From assembly GCA_046732135.1 (NCBI GenBank), contig JBKPML010000075.1, positions 1,222 through 65,221 on the forward strand: a stretch of 64,000 nucleotides of DNA, given 5' to 3'. The notes under the pieces were generated by a model, which worked only from the letters and a program-made list of their open reading frames with translations, searched no databases and was not told the DNA's origin. Source of the DNA: Actinomycetota bacterium. Its GTDB lineage: Bacteria > Actinomycetota > Actinomycetes > Propionibacteriales > Propionibacteriaceae. This document shows positions 49,046-59,404 of the stretch, in pieces (positions within the stretch are counted from its first letter, which is position 1; each line of letters begins with the position of its first letter). The position numbers and the translations under genes were made by a program.

Positions 49046-50188
49046 ATGGGAAGCGAATCGCTGCGCGTAGCAATTCTTGGAGCCGGAATGATCGGTGGAG
49101 TGCACCGCAGGGCCGCCATACTGGCCGGTGCAGAGGTGGTGGGTGTGATGGCGTCCAGCGCCGATCGATCACGTCAAGTCGCGGCTGAGTGGGGCATTGG
49201 GCAGGCATACGCCGAAGTTGATGAGGTCGCCACATCAGACGTCGATGTGGTGCATATCTGCACGCCCAACGCATCCCACGTGACCTACGCAGTCAACCTG
49301 ATGCAAGCCGGGAAGCACGTTATCTGCGAAAAGCCGCTTGGTTTGAGCCTTGAGGACGCTGAACGGGGGGCAGCCGTTGCTTCCGAAACCGGCGTTGTGA
49401 ACACCATGCCCTTCGCCTACCGCTTCCATCCGATGGCCCGCGAGATGCGAGCTCGGGTACAGGGCGCTGATTTCGGCGAGCCCAACCTGATCCATGGCAG
49501 TTACTTGCAGGACTGGCTGCTCAACCCGAAGTCGACGAGTTGGCGGGTGGACCCTGCCCAGGGTGGTCGGTCGAGAGCCTTCGGAGATATCGGGTCGCAC
49601 TGGTGCGATCTTGCCGAGTGGGTCACCGGACAGCGGATAGCCAGCCTGGTGGCGACGACATCGATCAGCGTCCCACAACGTCCGGCGGCTACGGCGGCAA
49701 CCTTCAGTGCCGTTGAATCCGATGCCCCGCTTGTCGATGTGACTACCGAGGACAGCGCGTTGATCTTGTTCCGGACCACCAGCGATGTCGCGGGCTCCGC
49801 CGTGATCTCCCAGCTCGCTGCCGGCCGCAAGAATCGGCTGTGGCTGGAGGTCGACGGCGCGCACCACAGCGCCGTCTTCGACCAGGAGCACGGGGAGTAT
49901 CTGTGGATTGGTTCTGAGGCTGGGACGACCGTGCTGAACCGCGATCCGAATCAGGGCTCGCCCGAGCAGCGACGGCTGTCCACCTTGCCGGCCGGGCACG
50001 CACAGGGCTACGCGCAGTGCTTCGAAGCTTTCGTTGCCGACAGCTACGCCGCGGTACGAGCTCACTCAACAGGCGAGGCTGCGCCTGAAGGCCTGCCCAC
50101 GTTCGCCGATGGCGCTCGCGCGGCCGCAATCTGCGATGCCATGCTCGAGTCGGCCGATAGCGGCAACTGGGTAGCGGTGAAGGAGTAG
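49046..50188 (+). CDS. Gfo/Idh/MocA family sugar dehydrogenase
   Basis: GAGMIG, CEKPL, GSYLQDW and DIGSHWCD motifs. Confidence 0.9.
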   Translation: MGSESLRVAILGAGMIGGVHRRAAILAGAEVVGVMASSADRSRQVAAEWGIGQAYAEVDEVATSDVDVVHICTPNASHVTYAVNLMQAGKHVICEKPLGLSLEDAERGAAVASETGVVNTMPFAYRFHPMAREMRARVQGADFGEPNLIHGSYLQDWLLNPKSTSWRVDPAQGGRSRAFGDIGSHWCDLAEWVTGQRIASLVATTSISVPQRPAATAATFSAVESDAPLVDVTTEDSALILFRTTSDVAGSAVISQLAAGRKNRLWLEVDGAHHSAVFDQEHGEYLWIGSEAGTTVLNRDPNQGSPEQRRLSTLPAGHAQGYAQCFEAFVADSYAAVRAHSTGEAAPEGLPTFADGARAAAICDAMLESADSGNWVAVKE

Positions 50189-50190
50189 CG

Positions 50191-51234
50191 ATGAAGGAAG
50201 CAACTGGCAAAGCACAGCCAGATCAGGCCCGTCCCGTGACCTTGTTCACCGGTCAGTGGGCGGATCTGCCGTTCGACGAAGTGTGCCGGCTGGCGGGCGA
50301 GTGGGGCTACGACGGGCTGGAGATCGCCTGCTGGGGCGACCATTTCGACGTCGCCAAAGCCGCTGAGGATGACGGCTATCTGCAAGGTAGACGCGACGTA
50401 CTGGAAAAGCACGACTTGGGCTGCTGGGCAATTTCGAACCACCTCAACGGCCAGGCCGTCTGCGAGGCGATCATCGACGACCGCTACAAGAACATGGTCA
50501 ATCCCCGCGTCTGGGGCGACGGGGATCCCGAGGGTGTCCGGCGGCGCGCTGCCGAAGAGATGGAGACCACGGCCCGCGCCGCCGCTGCGTTCGGGGTCGA
50601 CACGGTGGTCGGATTCACCGGCTCGGCCATATGGCATTACGTGGCGATGTTTCCGCCCGTCGCCGACGATGTCATCCAAGCTGGCTACGCGGATTTCGCC
50701 GATCGTTGGAATCCGATCATCGATGTCTTTGATGAGGTCGGTGTCCGATTCGCGCACGAGGTCCACCCGTCCGAGATCGCCTATGACTATTGGACAACCG
50801 TGGCGACCCTCGACGCCATCGGGCATCGCCCTGGATTCGGGCTCAACTACGACCCGTCGCACATGGTCTGGCAGGAGCTGGACTACGTCGGCTTCCTAGC
50901 CGATTTCAAGGACCGGATCTATCACGTCGACTGCAAGGACACCAAGGTCCGGATGACTGGCGGCCGCAACGGCCGGCTCTCATCGCATCTGCCCTGGGCC
51001 GACCCTCGTCGCGGCTGGGACTTCATCTCGACAGGCCATGGCGACACCGACTGGGAGAACATCTTCCGGATGCTGAACTTCATCGGATACGACGGCCCCA
51101 TCTCCATCGAGTGGGAAGACGCCGGTATGGACCGTCTCGACGGTGCCCCGGAGGCACTGGACTTCATTCGTCGCCAGAACGCCATTACGCCGCCAGCCGC
51201 CTCCTTCGACGCAGCCTTTGCAACCAAGGAGTAG
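50191..51234 (+). CDS. Xylose isomerase-like TIM-barrel protein (sugar phosphate isomerase/epimerase family)
   Basis: [35 protein letters not shown] and SIEWED motifs. Confidence 0.85.
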   Translation: MKEATGKAQPDQARPVTLFTGQWADLPFDEVCRLAGEWGYDGLEIACWGDHFDVAKAAEDDGYLQGRRDVLEKHDLGCWAISNHLNGQAVCEAIIDDRYKNMVNPRVWGDGDPEGVRRRAAEEMETTARAAAAFGVDTVVGFTGSAIWHYVAMFPPVADDVIQAGYADFADRWNPIIDVFDEVGVRFAHEVHPSEIAYDYWTTVATLDAIGHRPGFGLNYDPSHMVWQELDYVGFLADFKDRIYHVDCKDTKVRMTGGRNGRLSSHLPWADPRRGWDFISTGHGDTDWENIFRMLNFIGYDGPISIEWEDAGMDRLDGAPEALDFIRRQNAITPPAASFDAAFATKE

Positions 51235-51246
51235 GAGCCGGTTTTG

Positions 51247-52014
51247 TTACCAGCAGGTGAAGCCGCCATCGACCAGTAAATCGATGCCGGTGCAGAAGCT
51301 GGCCGCCTGACTGAGCAAGAAGATCGTTGGTCCGACGAGTTCGTCGACCGTCGCCATCCGGCCAAGCGGTGTGTCCGCCTCGAACGTCTTGACCTGCTCG
51401 GCCACCTCCGGCCGGCGATTCATCGGTGTTGCAGTGTAGCCGGGGCTGACCGAATTCACCCGAATGCCGCGCTGCGCCCACTCCATGGCAAGGCTCTTGC
51501 TCAAATGAGCGACGGCAGCCTTCGAGGCGTTGTAGTGGGCCTGGAGTAGTCCGCGATTCACGATCGTTCCGGACATCGAGGCGATGTTCACGATCGCTCC
51601 TTGGCCGTGCTCGAGCATGGCCCTTCCTTCGACCTGGCAGGACAAGAAGACACCGGTGACGTTGATGTCGATCACCCGTTGCCACTGACGCAGCGTCATC
51701 TCTTCAGCCGGTGCGGCGTTGGCGATCCCCGCACTGTTCACAGCAAGGCTGAGCGGGCCGAGACTGCGCTGCGTCTGCTCAACCGCGTCGCTGAGTTCGT
51801 TCGGATTGGTGACATCTCCTGACATGGCGATGGCGGCCGGTCCTTCCGCCGTGATCGCGGCGCACACATCATCCACGGCTGATCCCGGCAGGTCGAAGCA
51901 TGCGACGTTGGCGCCAGCGGCAGCGAGCCCGACCGCAATGCCTCGGCCGATGCCGCTCGCGGCGCCGGTTACCAGCGCCGCCTGCCCGTCGAGTCGGAAA
52001 TTCGGCATGGCCAT
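51247..52014 (-). CDS. SDR, polyol dehydrogenase-like
   Basis: TGAASGIG, NIASMSG and YNASK motifs; C-terminal VDGGFTCW. Confidence 0.85.
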   Translation of the reverse strand: MAMPNFRLDGQAALVTGAASGIGRGIAVGLAAAGANVACFDLPGSAVDDVCAAITAEGPAAIAMSGDVTNPNELSDAVEQTQRSLGPLSLAVNSAGIANAAPAEEMTLRQWQRVIDINVTGVFLSCQVEGRAMLEHGQGAIVNIASMSGTIVNRGLLQAHYNASKAAVAHLSKSLAMEWAQRGIRVNSVSPGYTATPMNRRPEVAEQVKTFEADTPLGRMATVDELVGPTIFLLSQAASFCTGIDLLVDGGFTCW

Positions 52015-52057
52015 GGCTGATTCTTTCGCCTGCTCCGGTACGGCTGAAACACCGCGT

Positions 52058-52080
52058 GTTACTCAGATCGATTGGGTAAC
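52058..52080. promoter_or_regulatory. Operator-like inverted repeat upstream of the SDR
   Basis: GTTACTCA-GATCGAT-TGGGTAAC; arms match 7/8. Confidence 0.45.
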
Positions 52081-52179
52081 TCGGAGGCATGGGGTGACGC
52101 CTAGGAGCTGCCCCATCCAGGTCCTCCTAGTTGAGACCACAGCTGGGAGGACCGCCCCCTTGTTAGTGTCCGCTCGCGC

Positions 52180-52271
52180 GATCGCGCTTCTAAGGCCCTG
52201 TCTTCCTCCTTCGTTCGCACCACGAAAAGCGTCTCGTGCTCGCTCACTCGTCCAGACAGGGCCGCGCGATC
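52180..52271. repeat. Long REP/MITE-like hairpin
   Basis: GATCGCGC/GCGCGATC (8 bp) plus GGCCCTGTCT/AGACAGGGCC (10 bp) arms around a 50-nt loop. Confidence 0.7.
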
Positions 52272-52487
52272 ACCCGACGCTCGCGGACCTGGCGGCAGGC
52301 CAATCGCGGCGCGCGATCAGCCGACGCTCGCGGACCGGGCGTCAGCCCAAGTGCAGGGCCGCGCGATCACCCGACACTCGAGGACGCCGCCCGATCACCC
52401 CGATCAGGCACGCGCGATCTACCGACGCTCGCTACCGACGCTCGCAGACCTGGCATCAGGCTGACGCGATCCATCGACGCTCGCGGA
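52264..52487. repeat. Five degenerate ~26-bp direct repeats, period 47-52 bp
   Basis: Consensus GCGCGATCACCCGACGCTCGCGGACC at 52264, 52311, 52361, 52412 and 52464. Confidence 0.8.
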
Positions 52488-55400
52488 GGACAGGGTCAGA
52501 CCCCTAACGCGTCGTGGATGGTTTCTGTGCTCCCGCCTTTCGCGTCTCAGTTGGCCACGGAGTTTGGTTCGTTCCAAGATCGCGTAGAGCACCGGGACGA
52601 GCACGAGGGTCAATAGCGTCGACGAGATGAGGCCGCCGATCACCACGATGGCCAGCGGCTGGGAGATGAAGACCCCGCCACCGGTGATGCCCAACGCCAT
52701 CGGGGTCAGCGCCATGATGGTTGCTACGGCAGTCATCAAGATCGGTCGTAACCGCTGCCGAGCGCCGTTGATCAATGCGCCGTCGATGTCCTGTCCTTCC
52801 AACCGATAGCGGTTAACCAGATCGATCAGCACGATGGCGTTCGTCACAACGATGCCGACCAGCATCAGGACTCCGATCAATGCCGGCACCCCCAACGGGG
52901 TGTCGCTCATCAGCAGCGCCGCCACCGCTCCGGTTGCTGCGAACGGCACCGAGACCAGCAAGATCAATGGCTGAAGCAAGCTCTTGAATGTCGCCACCAT
53001 CACCACGTAAACGATGGCGATCGCCACGAGCAAGGCCACGCCAAGCTGGCTGAACGCTTCCCGCTGATCGGCACTCACCCCAGCGACTGTTGCATCCACC
53101 CCTGGAGGTAGCGAAACCTGATCCAGCGCGCTCGTAACGGCCGTCGTTACCGCACCCAGGTTCTCACCTTCGGGCAGCAACGAGACAGTTGCGCTGCGCT
53201 GCCCGTCGGAGTGGGCAACCTCCGTTGCGACCCTCTCGGTCGTAACCGAGGCGACCTTGCCCAATTCGACGGGGCCGGCGCTACCGGTGATCTTGATCTT
53301 CTTCAGTTCTTCAATGCCGATGGGAGCGTTGTCGATCTTGAGGACCACATCGCGGGTATCTCCGCCGACCTCGATGGAACCGACCGGCTGTGGCGCGAGC
53401 AGCCCTTTGACGCCGGATGAGATCTGCTGGTCGGTCAGGCCTGCTTTGGCCGCCTCCTCTCGATCGACAACTATCTGAATGATCGGTTGCTCGGCTGCGA
53501 GCGAGGAGGTCACGTCCTTGACCCCGTTGACTTTCTTCATCTCGGTGAAGACGGCACCTGTCGCAGTCGTCAGCCGGCCGAGGTCGGTCGAGGTGATGAT
53601 CACCTCGACCTCGTTGCTTGCGAACCCTCCGTCGGCCGATGAGACCGTCACCTCTCCGACATCATCGAGTTCACCGATGGCTTCCCGGACCCGGGTCTCG
53701 ATCAGATTCTGATCGGCGTTGACATCGGTCGTGACAGCAAAGATCGCCGAGTCGTTGCTCGTGCCGCCGAACGCCGCCTCGGGGCCTCCGCTAGATCCAA
53801 CAGTGGTTTGGACTGTCACCACGCCGGCTACTCCACGGATCGCCTGCTCCACTCGAGCTGCCCGGTCAGCCTTGGTCGTCAGGCTTAGCGACGGTTCGAA
53901 CTTTTCCCGTACGGTCATTGTGTTCTGGCCTGACGAGCCGAGGAAGTTGGTCTCCAGCCGCGGTGCGAGCGCTGCCGTACCGCCCAAAATCAAGACCGCC
54001 ACCAGCAGGCTGATCACCGGATGCTTCACAGCCTTGCTGATCAGCGGCACATAGCCCCGCTGCAGCCAGCTGCGCCGCTCCTTGACCTCGGCAAGGGCGC
54101 GCACCTCGTTCGGATCGATCGTGCCCCGAGGGGAACGGAGGAACCAATAGGCAAGGACGGGCACGATCGTTAGGGAGACCAACAGCGACGAGAGCAGTGC
54201 GAGGGTGACCGTGACCGCGAACGGACGGAACAGCTCCCCAACCTGGCCGCCGACTAGGGCAAGCGGCAGGAAGACCGCAACCGTCGTCACGGTGGCGGAG
54301 GTGATCGCGGTCGCAACTTCCCCGACGGCGGTGCGGATCGCAGGCAACTTCTCCTCGCCGTAGGACAGGTGGCGGGTGATGTTCTCGATCACCACTATCG
54401 AGTCGTCGACGACGCGGCCAATGGCAATCGTGAGAGCGCCAAGAGTCAGGATGTTGAGCGTGTAGCCGCCAGTCCGCAGCCCGATCATCGTCATCAACAC
54501 CGAAACGGGAATGGAGATAGCGGTGACCAGTGTCGAGCGAACCGACATCAGAAAAACCAAGATCACCAGCACGGCCATGATCAGGCCCAGCCCGCCCTCG
54601 GTGGTCAGGTCCTCGATCGACTGGGTGATGAAGGGCGCCTGATCGAAGACGACGGTGAAGTTTGTGTTGTCGCCGATTTTCTCGGCCAGCGCGGGCAGAG
54701 CGTCGCGAACCGCCTGGCTTACCTCAACGGTGTTGCCGTCGGGGGACTTAGTGATCGACAGTGACACGCTCTCTTGGCCGTTGGTTCGAGCGATCGAGGT
54801 CGCCGGAGCGTTGGAGTCCCGGACCTCCGCCACGTCTCCGATCGTCGTCTGCTCGCCCGTGCTTGGCGAGATCAACGGCAGCTCGGCGACATCGGCAGCG
54901 GAGGTCAGCCGCTTGCCCACCGTCACGCTCAGATCGCGATTCCCGTCGACCAGGGATCCGGCCGAGATCAGCGCACCGCTTGCCTGCAGCGCTGCGGTGA
55001 CCGCCCCAGGGTTGAGGCCTGCATCGGACAGTTTGCCGAGGTCGAGGTCGATCTCCACCCGCACCTCCGGCTCACCGGCTAGCGTGACGGCCCTTACGCC
55101 GGGTAGCTTTTCGAGGTCGCCAATTGCCGCAGACTTGAGCCTTTCCGCCAGCTCGCCCGGATTTCGATCATTGGTGACGCTCAACTGAAGGATCGGGAAG
55201 TCGTCCAGACTGCCGGTGATGACCTGAGAATCGGCCTCATCCGGCAGCAGTCCTTTAATCCGGCTGATGGCTGCCTGCAGATCCTGCTGAACGACCGACA
55301 TGTTCGTGCCGTATTGCATGTTGACGATCACGATGGAGCTGCCGGTGCTCGAAGTCGAGCTGGACGACTCCAGACCTGACAGACCCAGGACTGCCTGCTC

Positions 55401-55604
55401 GATCGGGACTGTGACGCGTTCTTCCACGACTTGCGGTGACGCGCCGGGGTAAGTGGTGAGCACCACCGCGGTCGGGATCGTGAGAGACGGAATCAGCTCC
55501 TGCTTGAGCTGCCTCGCGCTGAGAACGCCGAAGATCATCACGAAGACCGTGACCAGTGCAATCAGCGCCCGGTTGCGGAGGCTCAGCGTGGCCAGCCTGC
55601 CCAT
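52419..55604 (-). CDS. RND efflux permease (AcrB/SwrC type)
   Basis: YPGASPQVVEERVT, GRVVDDSIVVIEN, GIVVTNAIVL and RLRPILMT motifs. AAGGAAGAGG RBS before ATG 55604. Confidence 0.95.
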   Translation of the reverse strand: MGRLATLSLRNRALIALVTVFVMIFGVLSARQLKQELIPSLTIPTAVVLTTYPGASPQVVEERVTVPIEQAVLGLSGLESSSSTSSTGSSIVIVNMQYGTNMSVVQQDLQAAISRIKGLLPDEADSQVITGSLDDFPILQLSVTNDRNPGELAERLKSAAIGDLEKLPGVRAVTLAGEPEVRVEIDLDLGKLSDAGLNPGAVTAALQASGALISAGSLVDGNRDLSVTVGKRLTSAADVAELPLISPSTGEQTTIGDVAEVRDSNAPATSIARTNGQESVSLSITKSPDGNTVEVSQAVRDALPALAEKIGDNTNFTVVFDQAPFITQSIEDLTTEGGLGLIMAVLVILVFLMSVRSTLVTAISIPVSVLMTMIGLRTGGYTLNILTLGALTIAIGRVVDDSIVVIENITRHLSYGEEKLPAIRTAVGEVATAITSATVTTVAVFLPLALVGGQVGELFRPFAVTVTLALLSSLLVSLTIVPVLAYWFLRSPRGTIDPNEVRALAEVKERRSWLQRGYVPLISKAVKHPVISLLVAVLILGGTAALAPRLETNFLGSSGQNTMTVREKFEPSLSLTTKADRAARVEQAIRGVAGVVTVQTTVGSSGGPEAAFGGTSNDSAIFAVTTDVNADQNLIETRVREAIGELDDVGEVTVSSADGGFASNEVEVIITSTDLGRLTTATGAVFTEMKKVNGVKDVTSSLAAEQPIIQIVVDREEAAKAGLTDQQISSGVKGLLAPQPVGSIEVGGDTRDVVLKIDNAPIGIEELKKIKITGSAGPVELGKVASVTTERVATEVAHSDGQRSATVSLLPEGENLGAVTTAVTSALDQVSLPPGVDATVAGVSADQREAFSQLGVALLVAIAIVYVVMVATFKSLLQPLILLVSVPFAATGAVAALLMSDTPLGVPALIGVLMLVGIVVTNAIVLIDLVNRYRLEGQDIDGALINGARQRLRPILMTAVATIMALTPMALGITGGGVFISQPLAIVVIGGLISSTLLTLVLVPVLYAILERTKLRGQLRRERREHRNHPRRVRGLTLSSASVDGSRQPDARSASVGSERR

Positions 55605-55716
55605 GGGCGCCTCTTCCTTTCCCCGTGCCAAGCGGACGGCACTGCAGCACCATCCTCCCGACTGATTCAAGGCGGGAATCGCCTAAGGTGTAAATCGATC
55701 AGCAAGGGAGGCAGAT

Positions 55717-57684
55717 GTGACGACGCAAACCGAAACTCTGGACAACCTTCTGCACGAGGACCGCCGGTTCCCGCCACCGGAGGATCTGGCGGCCAGCGCA
55801 AACGTCACCGATGAGACATATCGGCAGGCCGAGACCGACTTCGAGGGCTTCTGGGCAGAGCAGGCCAAGCGGCTGACGTGGGGCAATGAGCCCGCCGAGG
55901 TGCTGGATTGGAGCAACCCGCCGTTTGCCAAGTGGTACGCCGATGGCACCTTGAACGCCGCCTACAACTGCCTGGACCGCCACGTCGAGGCCGGCAACGG
56001 CGATCGGGTTGCTTTTTACTTCGAGGGAGAGCCGGGCGACGCCCGGGCGATCACCTACGCGGAGTTGACCCGCGAGGTGAAGAAGGCCGCGAACGCGCTG
56101 CTCGAGCTCGGCGTTTCCGCCGGCGATCGGGTGGCGATCTATTTGCCGATGATCCCCGAGGCGGTCGTCGCAATCTTGGCCTGCGCCAGGATCGGCGCGC
56201 CGCACACAGTAGTCTTCGGCGGGTTCTCTTCCGACGCGCTGGCGACCCGGATCATCGACTGCGGCGTCGAAGTCGTGATCACTGCCGACGGCGGGTTCCG
56301 GCGCGGTGCGGCGTCGGCCCTCAAGCCGGCGGTCGACGAAGCCATGAAGTATTGCTCAACGGTCAGACGTGTCTTGGTGGTCAAGCGCACTGGCCAGGAC
56401 GTGGAGATGGTCGAAGGCCGCGACATGTGGTGGGACGAATTTGTCGGCAAGCAGTCCGATGAACACGAGCCCGAGACCTTCCCCGCCGAGCAGCCGCTAT
56501 ACGTCATGTACACCTCGGGTAGCACCGGCAAGCCGAAAGGCATCCTGCACACCACCGGCGGATATCTCGTCGGATGCGCCTACACCCACTGGGCGACGTT
56601 CGACCTCAAGCCGGAGACCGACGTGTTTTGGACCGCGGCCGACATCGGCTGGGTCACCGGGCACTCCTACCTGGTGTACGGGCCGCTGGCCAACGGCGCC
56701 ACGAGCGTGATGTACGAAGGCACTCCGGACACGCCCCATCGCGGTCGCTGGTGGGAGCTGATCGAGAAGTACAAGGTCACGATCCTGTACTGCGCGCCGA
56801 CAGCCATCCGTACGTTCATGAAGTGGGGCGCCGAAACTCCGGAGCAGTTCGACCTGTCGTCGCTGCGGATCCTCGGCACGGTCGGCGAGCCGATCAACCC
56901 AGAAGCCTACATCTGGTATCGGCAGCACATTGGTGGCGACCGTACGCCGGTTGTCGACACCTGGTGGCAGACCGAGACCGGCATGCACATGATCTCGCCG
57001 ATGCCAGGAGTGACCGTCGGGAAGCCTGGAGCGGCGATGCGGGCCGTGCCTGGCGTCGAGGTGGAGGTCGTGAACGATGACGGCCAGCCGGTCGCCAATG
57101 GATCCGGAGGTTATCTGACGGTAACCAAGCCATGGCCTGCGATGCTTCGCACACTCTGGGGCGACGACCAGCGCTATGTCGACACCTATTGGTCGCGCTT
57201 CGAGGGCAGGTACTTCGCCGGTGACGGAGCCAAGAAGGACGAGGACGGCGATATCTGGTTGCTCGGCCGGGTCGACGACGTGATGAATGTGTCCGGGCAC
57301 CGGATGTCTACCACTGAGATCGAATCGGCGCTCGTCTCGCACCCCAAGGTGGCAGAAGCGGCGGTGGTCGGTGCCACCGACCCCATGACCGGTCAAGCGA
57401 TCGTCGCCTTCGTGATCTTGCGCGGCGACGCCGGTGATGGCGGACCGGAGATCGCTCAGGAGCTGCGCGGCCACGTATCGAAGGAGATCGGCCCGATTGC
57501 CAAGCCGCGTCAGATCATGGTCGTCGAGGAGCTGCCGAAGACACGCTCTGGGAAGATCATGCGTCGACTGTTGCGCGACATCGCGGAGAATCGGGAGCTG
57601 GGAGACGTCACGACACTGACCGACTCGTCGGTGATGAACCTGATCAAGGAAAACCTCGCGAGCGCCAAAGCAAGCGAAGACTAA
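55717..57684 (+). CDS. acs: Acetyl-CoA synthetase
   Basis: YTSGSTGKPKG, WTAADIGWVTGHSY, DTWWQTETG and PKTRSGKIMRR motifs. Confidence 0.97.
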   Translation: MTTQTETLDNLLHEDRRFPPPEDLAASANVTDETYRQAETDFEGFWAEQAKRLTWGNEPAEVLDWSNPPFAKWYADGTLNAAYNCLDRHVEAGNGDRVAFYFEGEPGDARAITYAELTREVKKAANALLELGVSAGDRVAIYLPMIPEAVVAILACARIGAPHTVVFGGFSSDALATRIIDCGVEVVITADGGFRRGAASALKPAVDEAMKYCSTVRRVLVVKRTGQDVEMVEGRDMWWDEFVGKQSDEHEPETFPAEQPLYVMYTSGSTGKPKGILHTTGGYLVGCAYTHWATFDLKPETDVFWTAADIGWVTGHSYLVYGPLANGATSVMYEGTPDTPHRGRWWELIEKYKVTILYCAPTAIRTFMKWGAETPEQFDLSSLRILGTVGEPINPEAYIWYRQHIGGDRTPVVDTWWQTETGMHMISPMPGVTVGKPGAAMRAVPGVEVEVVNDDGQPVANGSGGYLTVTKPWPAMLRTLWGDDQRYVDTYWSRFEGRYFAGDGAKKDEDGDIWLLGRVDDVMNVSGHRMSTTEIESALVSHPKVAEAAVVGATDPMTGQAIVAFVILRGDAGDGGPEIAQELRGHVSKEIGPIAKPRQIMVVEELPKTRSGKIMRRLLRDIAENRELGDVTTLTDSSVMNLIKENLASAKASED

Positions 57685-57689
57685 GGGGT

Positions 57690-58883
57690 GTGCGCGGCCG
57701 CCGGATCGTTCTTTTTGGCCGGACAACCGACCGCGATGCCACCACTATCGCGGACATCTTCCGCCAGGAGACTGTCGGTGGTGCGCTCATGCTGGCCGCG
57801 ACCGTCGTGGCACTGGTCTGGACCAATCTCGACCAGCAGTCGTATGAGGCTCTCCGTCACCTTCCTCTAGGACCGCTGGATGCCGAGCACTGGGCAGCCG
57901 ACGGACTCCTGACGATCTTCTTCTTCGTCGCGGGTCTGGAGCTCAAGCGGGAGCTAACCGTCGGCTCCCTGTCCCGGCCCGCTCAGGCACTGGTCCCGAT
58001 CATCGCCGCGGTGTGCGGCATGACCGTTCCGGCGGTCATCTACCTGGCGATAAATCTGGTGAGCTTCCAGGGGCAACCGCGAGGCTGGGCGATCCCGGTG
58101 GCAACCGACATCGCCTTTGCGCTCGCCATCCTCGCAGTGGTTGCGCCATCGCTACCCAGCAGCCTGCGGGCCTTTCTGCTAACCCTGGCAATCGTCGATG
58201 ATCTTGGTGCCATTTTGGTGATAGCTGTCCTATTCACAGACCAAGTCATGATCATGTGGCTGGCTGGTGCGCTCGCTTGCGCGCTGCTGTGGTGGTTGCT
58301 GCAGCGGCGACACATCTCGGGCTGGTACCTCTACCTGCCCGTGGGACTGATCTGCTGGTGGTGCATGCTGCAGAGCGGCGTGCACGCCACCATTGCCGGC
58401 GTCGTACTCGGCTTGCTCTCCCGATCCTCCGCCACTGACCCCCACGCGCCGGTCGATTCCTGGGAACACTCCTGGCGACCAGTCTCCGCCGGCATCGCGG
58501 TGCCCATCTTCGCGCTTTTGTCCGCTGGCGTGACCGTGGCACCGTCGACGCTGGTCGAGCTGTTCACCCAACCGGTCGGCCTGGGTGTCATCGCGGGTTT
58601 GATCATCGGCAAGGCCGTCGGCGTGTTCGGCGGCGCCTACCTGACAGCTAGATTCAGCCAGGCCGAGCTGGCCCACGACCTCCGCTGGACCGAGGTCTTC
58701 TCGGTGGCAATCCTCGGCGGTGTGGGCTTCACGGTCGCGTTGCTAATCGCTGATCTTGCCTTCGTTGATCAAACCGAGCTGAGAGATCAAGGCAAAGCAG
58801 CAGTGTTAGTCGGCTCGTTGATCGCCGGCTCGCTTGGAGCCCTCTCACTTCGCCGGCGTACGGCGGCGCGCGCGGAGACTTAG
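57690..58883 (+). CDS. nhaA: Na+/H+ antiporter NhaA
   Basis: FFFVAGLELKRE, GWAIPVATDIAFAL, LAIVDD, GVHATIAG and GGVGFT motifs. Confidence 0.95.
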   Translation: MRGRRIVLFGRTTDRDATTIADIFRQETVGGALMLAATVVALVWTNLDQQSYEALRHLPLGPLDAEHWAADGLLTIFFFVAGLELKRELTVGSLSRPAQALVPIIAAVCGMTVPAVIYLAINLVSFQGQPRGWAIPVATDIAFALAILAVVAPSLPSSLRAFLLTLAIVDDLGAILVIAVLFTDQVMIMWLAGALACALLWWLLQRRHISGWYLYLPVGLICWWCMLQSGVHATIAGVVLGLLSRSSATDPHAPVDSWEHSWRPVSAGIAVPIFALLSAGVTVAPSTLVELFTQPVGLGVIAGLIIGKAVGVFGGAYLTARFSQAELAHDLRWTEVFSVAILGGVGFTVALLIADLAFVDQTELRDQGKAAVLVGSLIAGSLGALSLRRRTAARAET

Positions 58884-58948
58884 GCGGCTAAGCCTCGAGA
58901 CAGCTCAGCGGTGGGATCGGTAGGCTCGCGGTGACGAGAGGAGCTGGG

Positions 58949-59398
58949 ATGGCTGACCGGGCTGTCGGCGAAATCATCAAGGGCATATCCGATGACGTGA
59001 AGCTGCTAGTGCGCGATCAGGTAGAGCTTGCCAAGACTGAGTTGGTTCCGACAGCGAAAAAGGCCGGAACGGGTGCTGGACTGCTTGGCGGTGCCGGCTA
59101 CTTCGCGATCTCTGCGCTTTTGATGCTGTACTTCGCGGCTGCATTCGGCCTGGTAGCGGCCGGTCTGAGCGAGTGGCTTGCCTTCTTGATTGTCGCCGTT
59201 GCGCTGTTCCTCATCGCCGCGGTTCTTGGTGGCCTCGGTTTCGTGATAGTGCGAAGAATGAGGGGACCGGAACGCACCGTTGCCCAAGCCAATGAGACAG
59301 TTAACGAAGTCAAGGCTGCTACCCAGCGCGCGCTCAGCGCTGCGCAGGCGCCTGAGATCGAGGGGCCGGTTGTCGATCAGGCAGTCTTGAGGCGCTGA
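58949..59398 (+). CDS. Actinobacterial holin-X family membrane protein
   Basis: LVRDQVELAKTEL plus two TM helices; usual position after acs-nhaA. Confidence 0.85.
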   Translation: MADRAVGEIIKGISDDVKLLVRDQVELAKTELVPTAKKAGTGAGLLGGAGYFAISALLMLYFAAAFGLVAAGLSEWLAFLIVAVALFLIAAVLGGLGFVIVRRMRGPERTVAQANETVNEVKAATQRALSAAQAPEIEGPVVDQAVLRR

Positions 59399-59404
59399 AG
59401 CGGC

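Noticed and set aside
52264-52487. CRISPR array
   Set aside because: Repeats are degenerate, spacers are only 13-25 nt and partly similar to each other (tggc..caggc), and no cas genes are present.
52419-52545. Frameshift near the RND C-terminus (alternate frame ends ...STETIHDALGV*)
   Set aside because: The Arg-rich tail running into the repeats is suspicious, but RND tails are poorly conserved and I cannot locate an indel without homologs.
56497-57726. Long antisense ORFs (e.g. 56497..57726, 34067..35167, 8098..9087, 49235..50065)
   Set aside because: These are shadows of well-supported genes caused by high-GC codon bias; they show no motifs or RBS.
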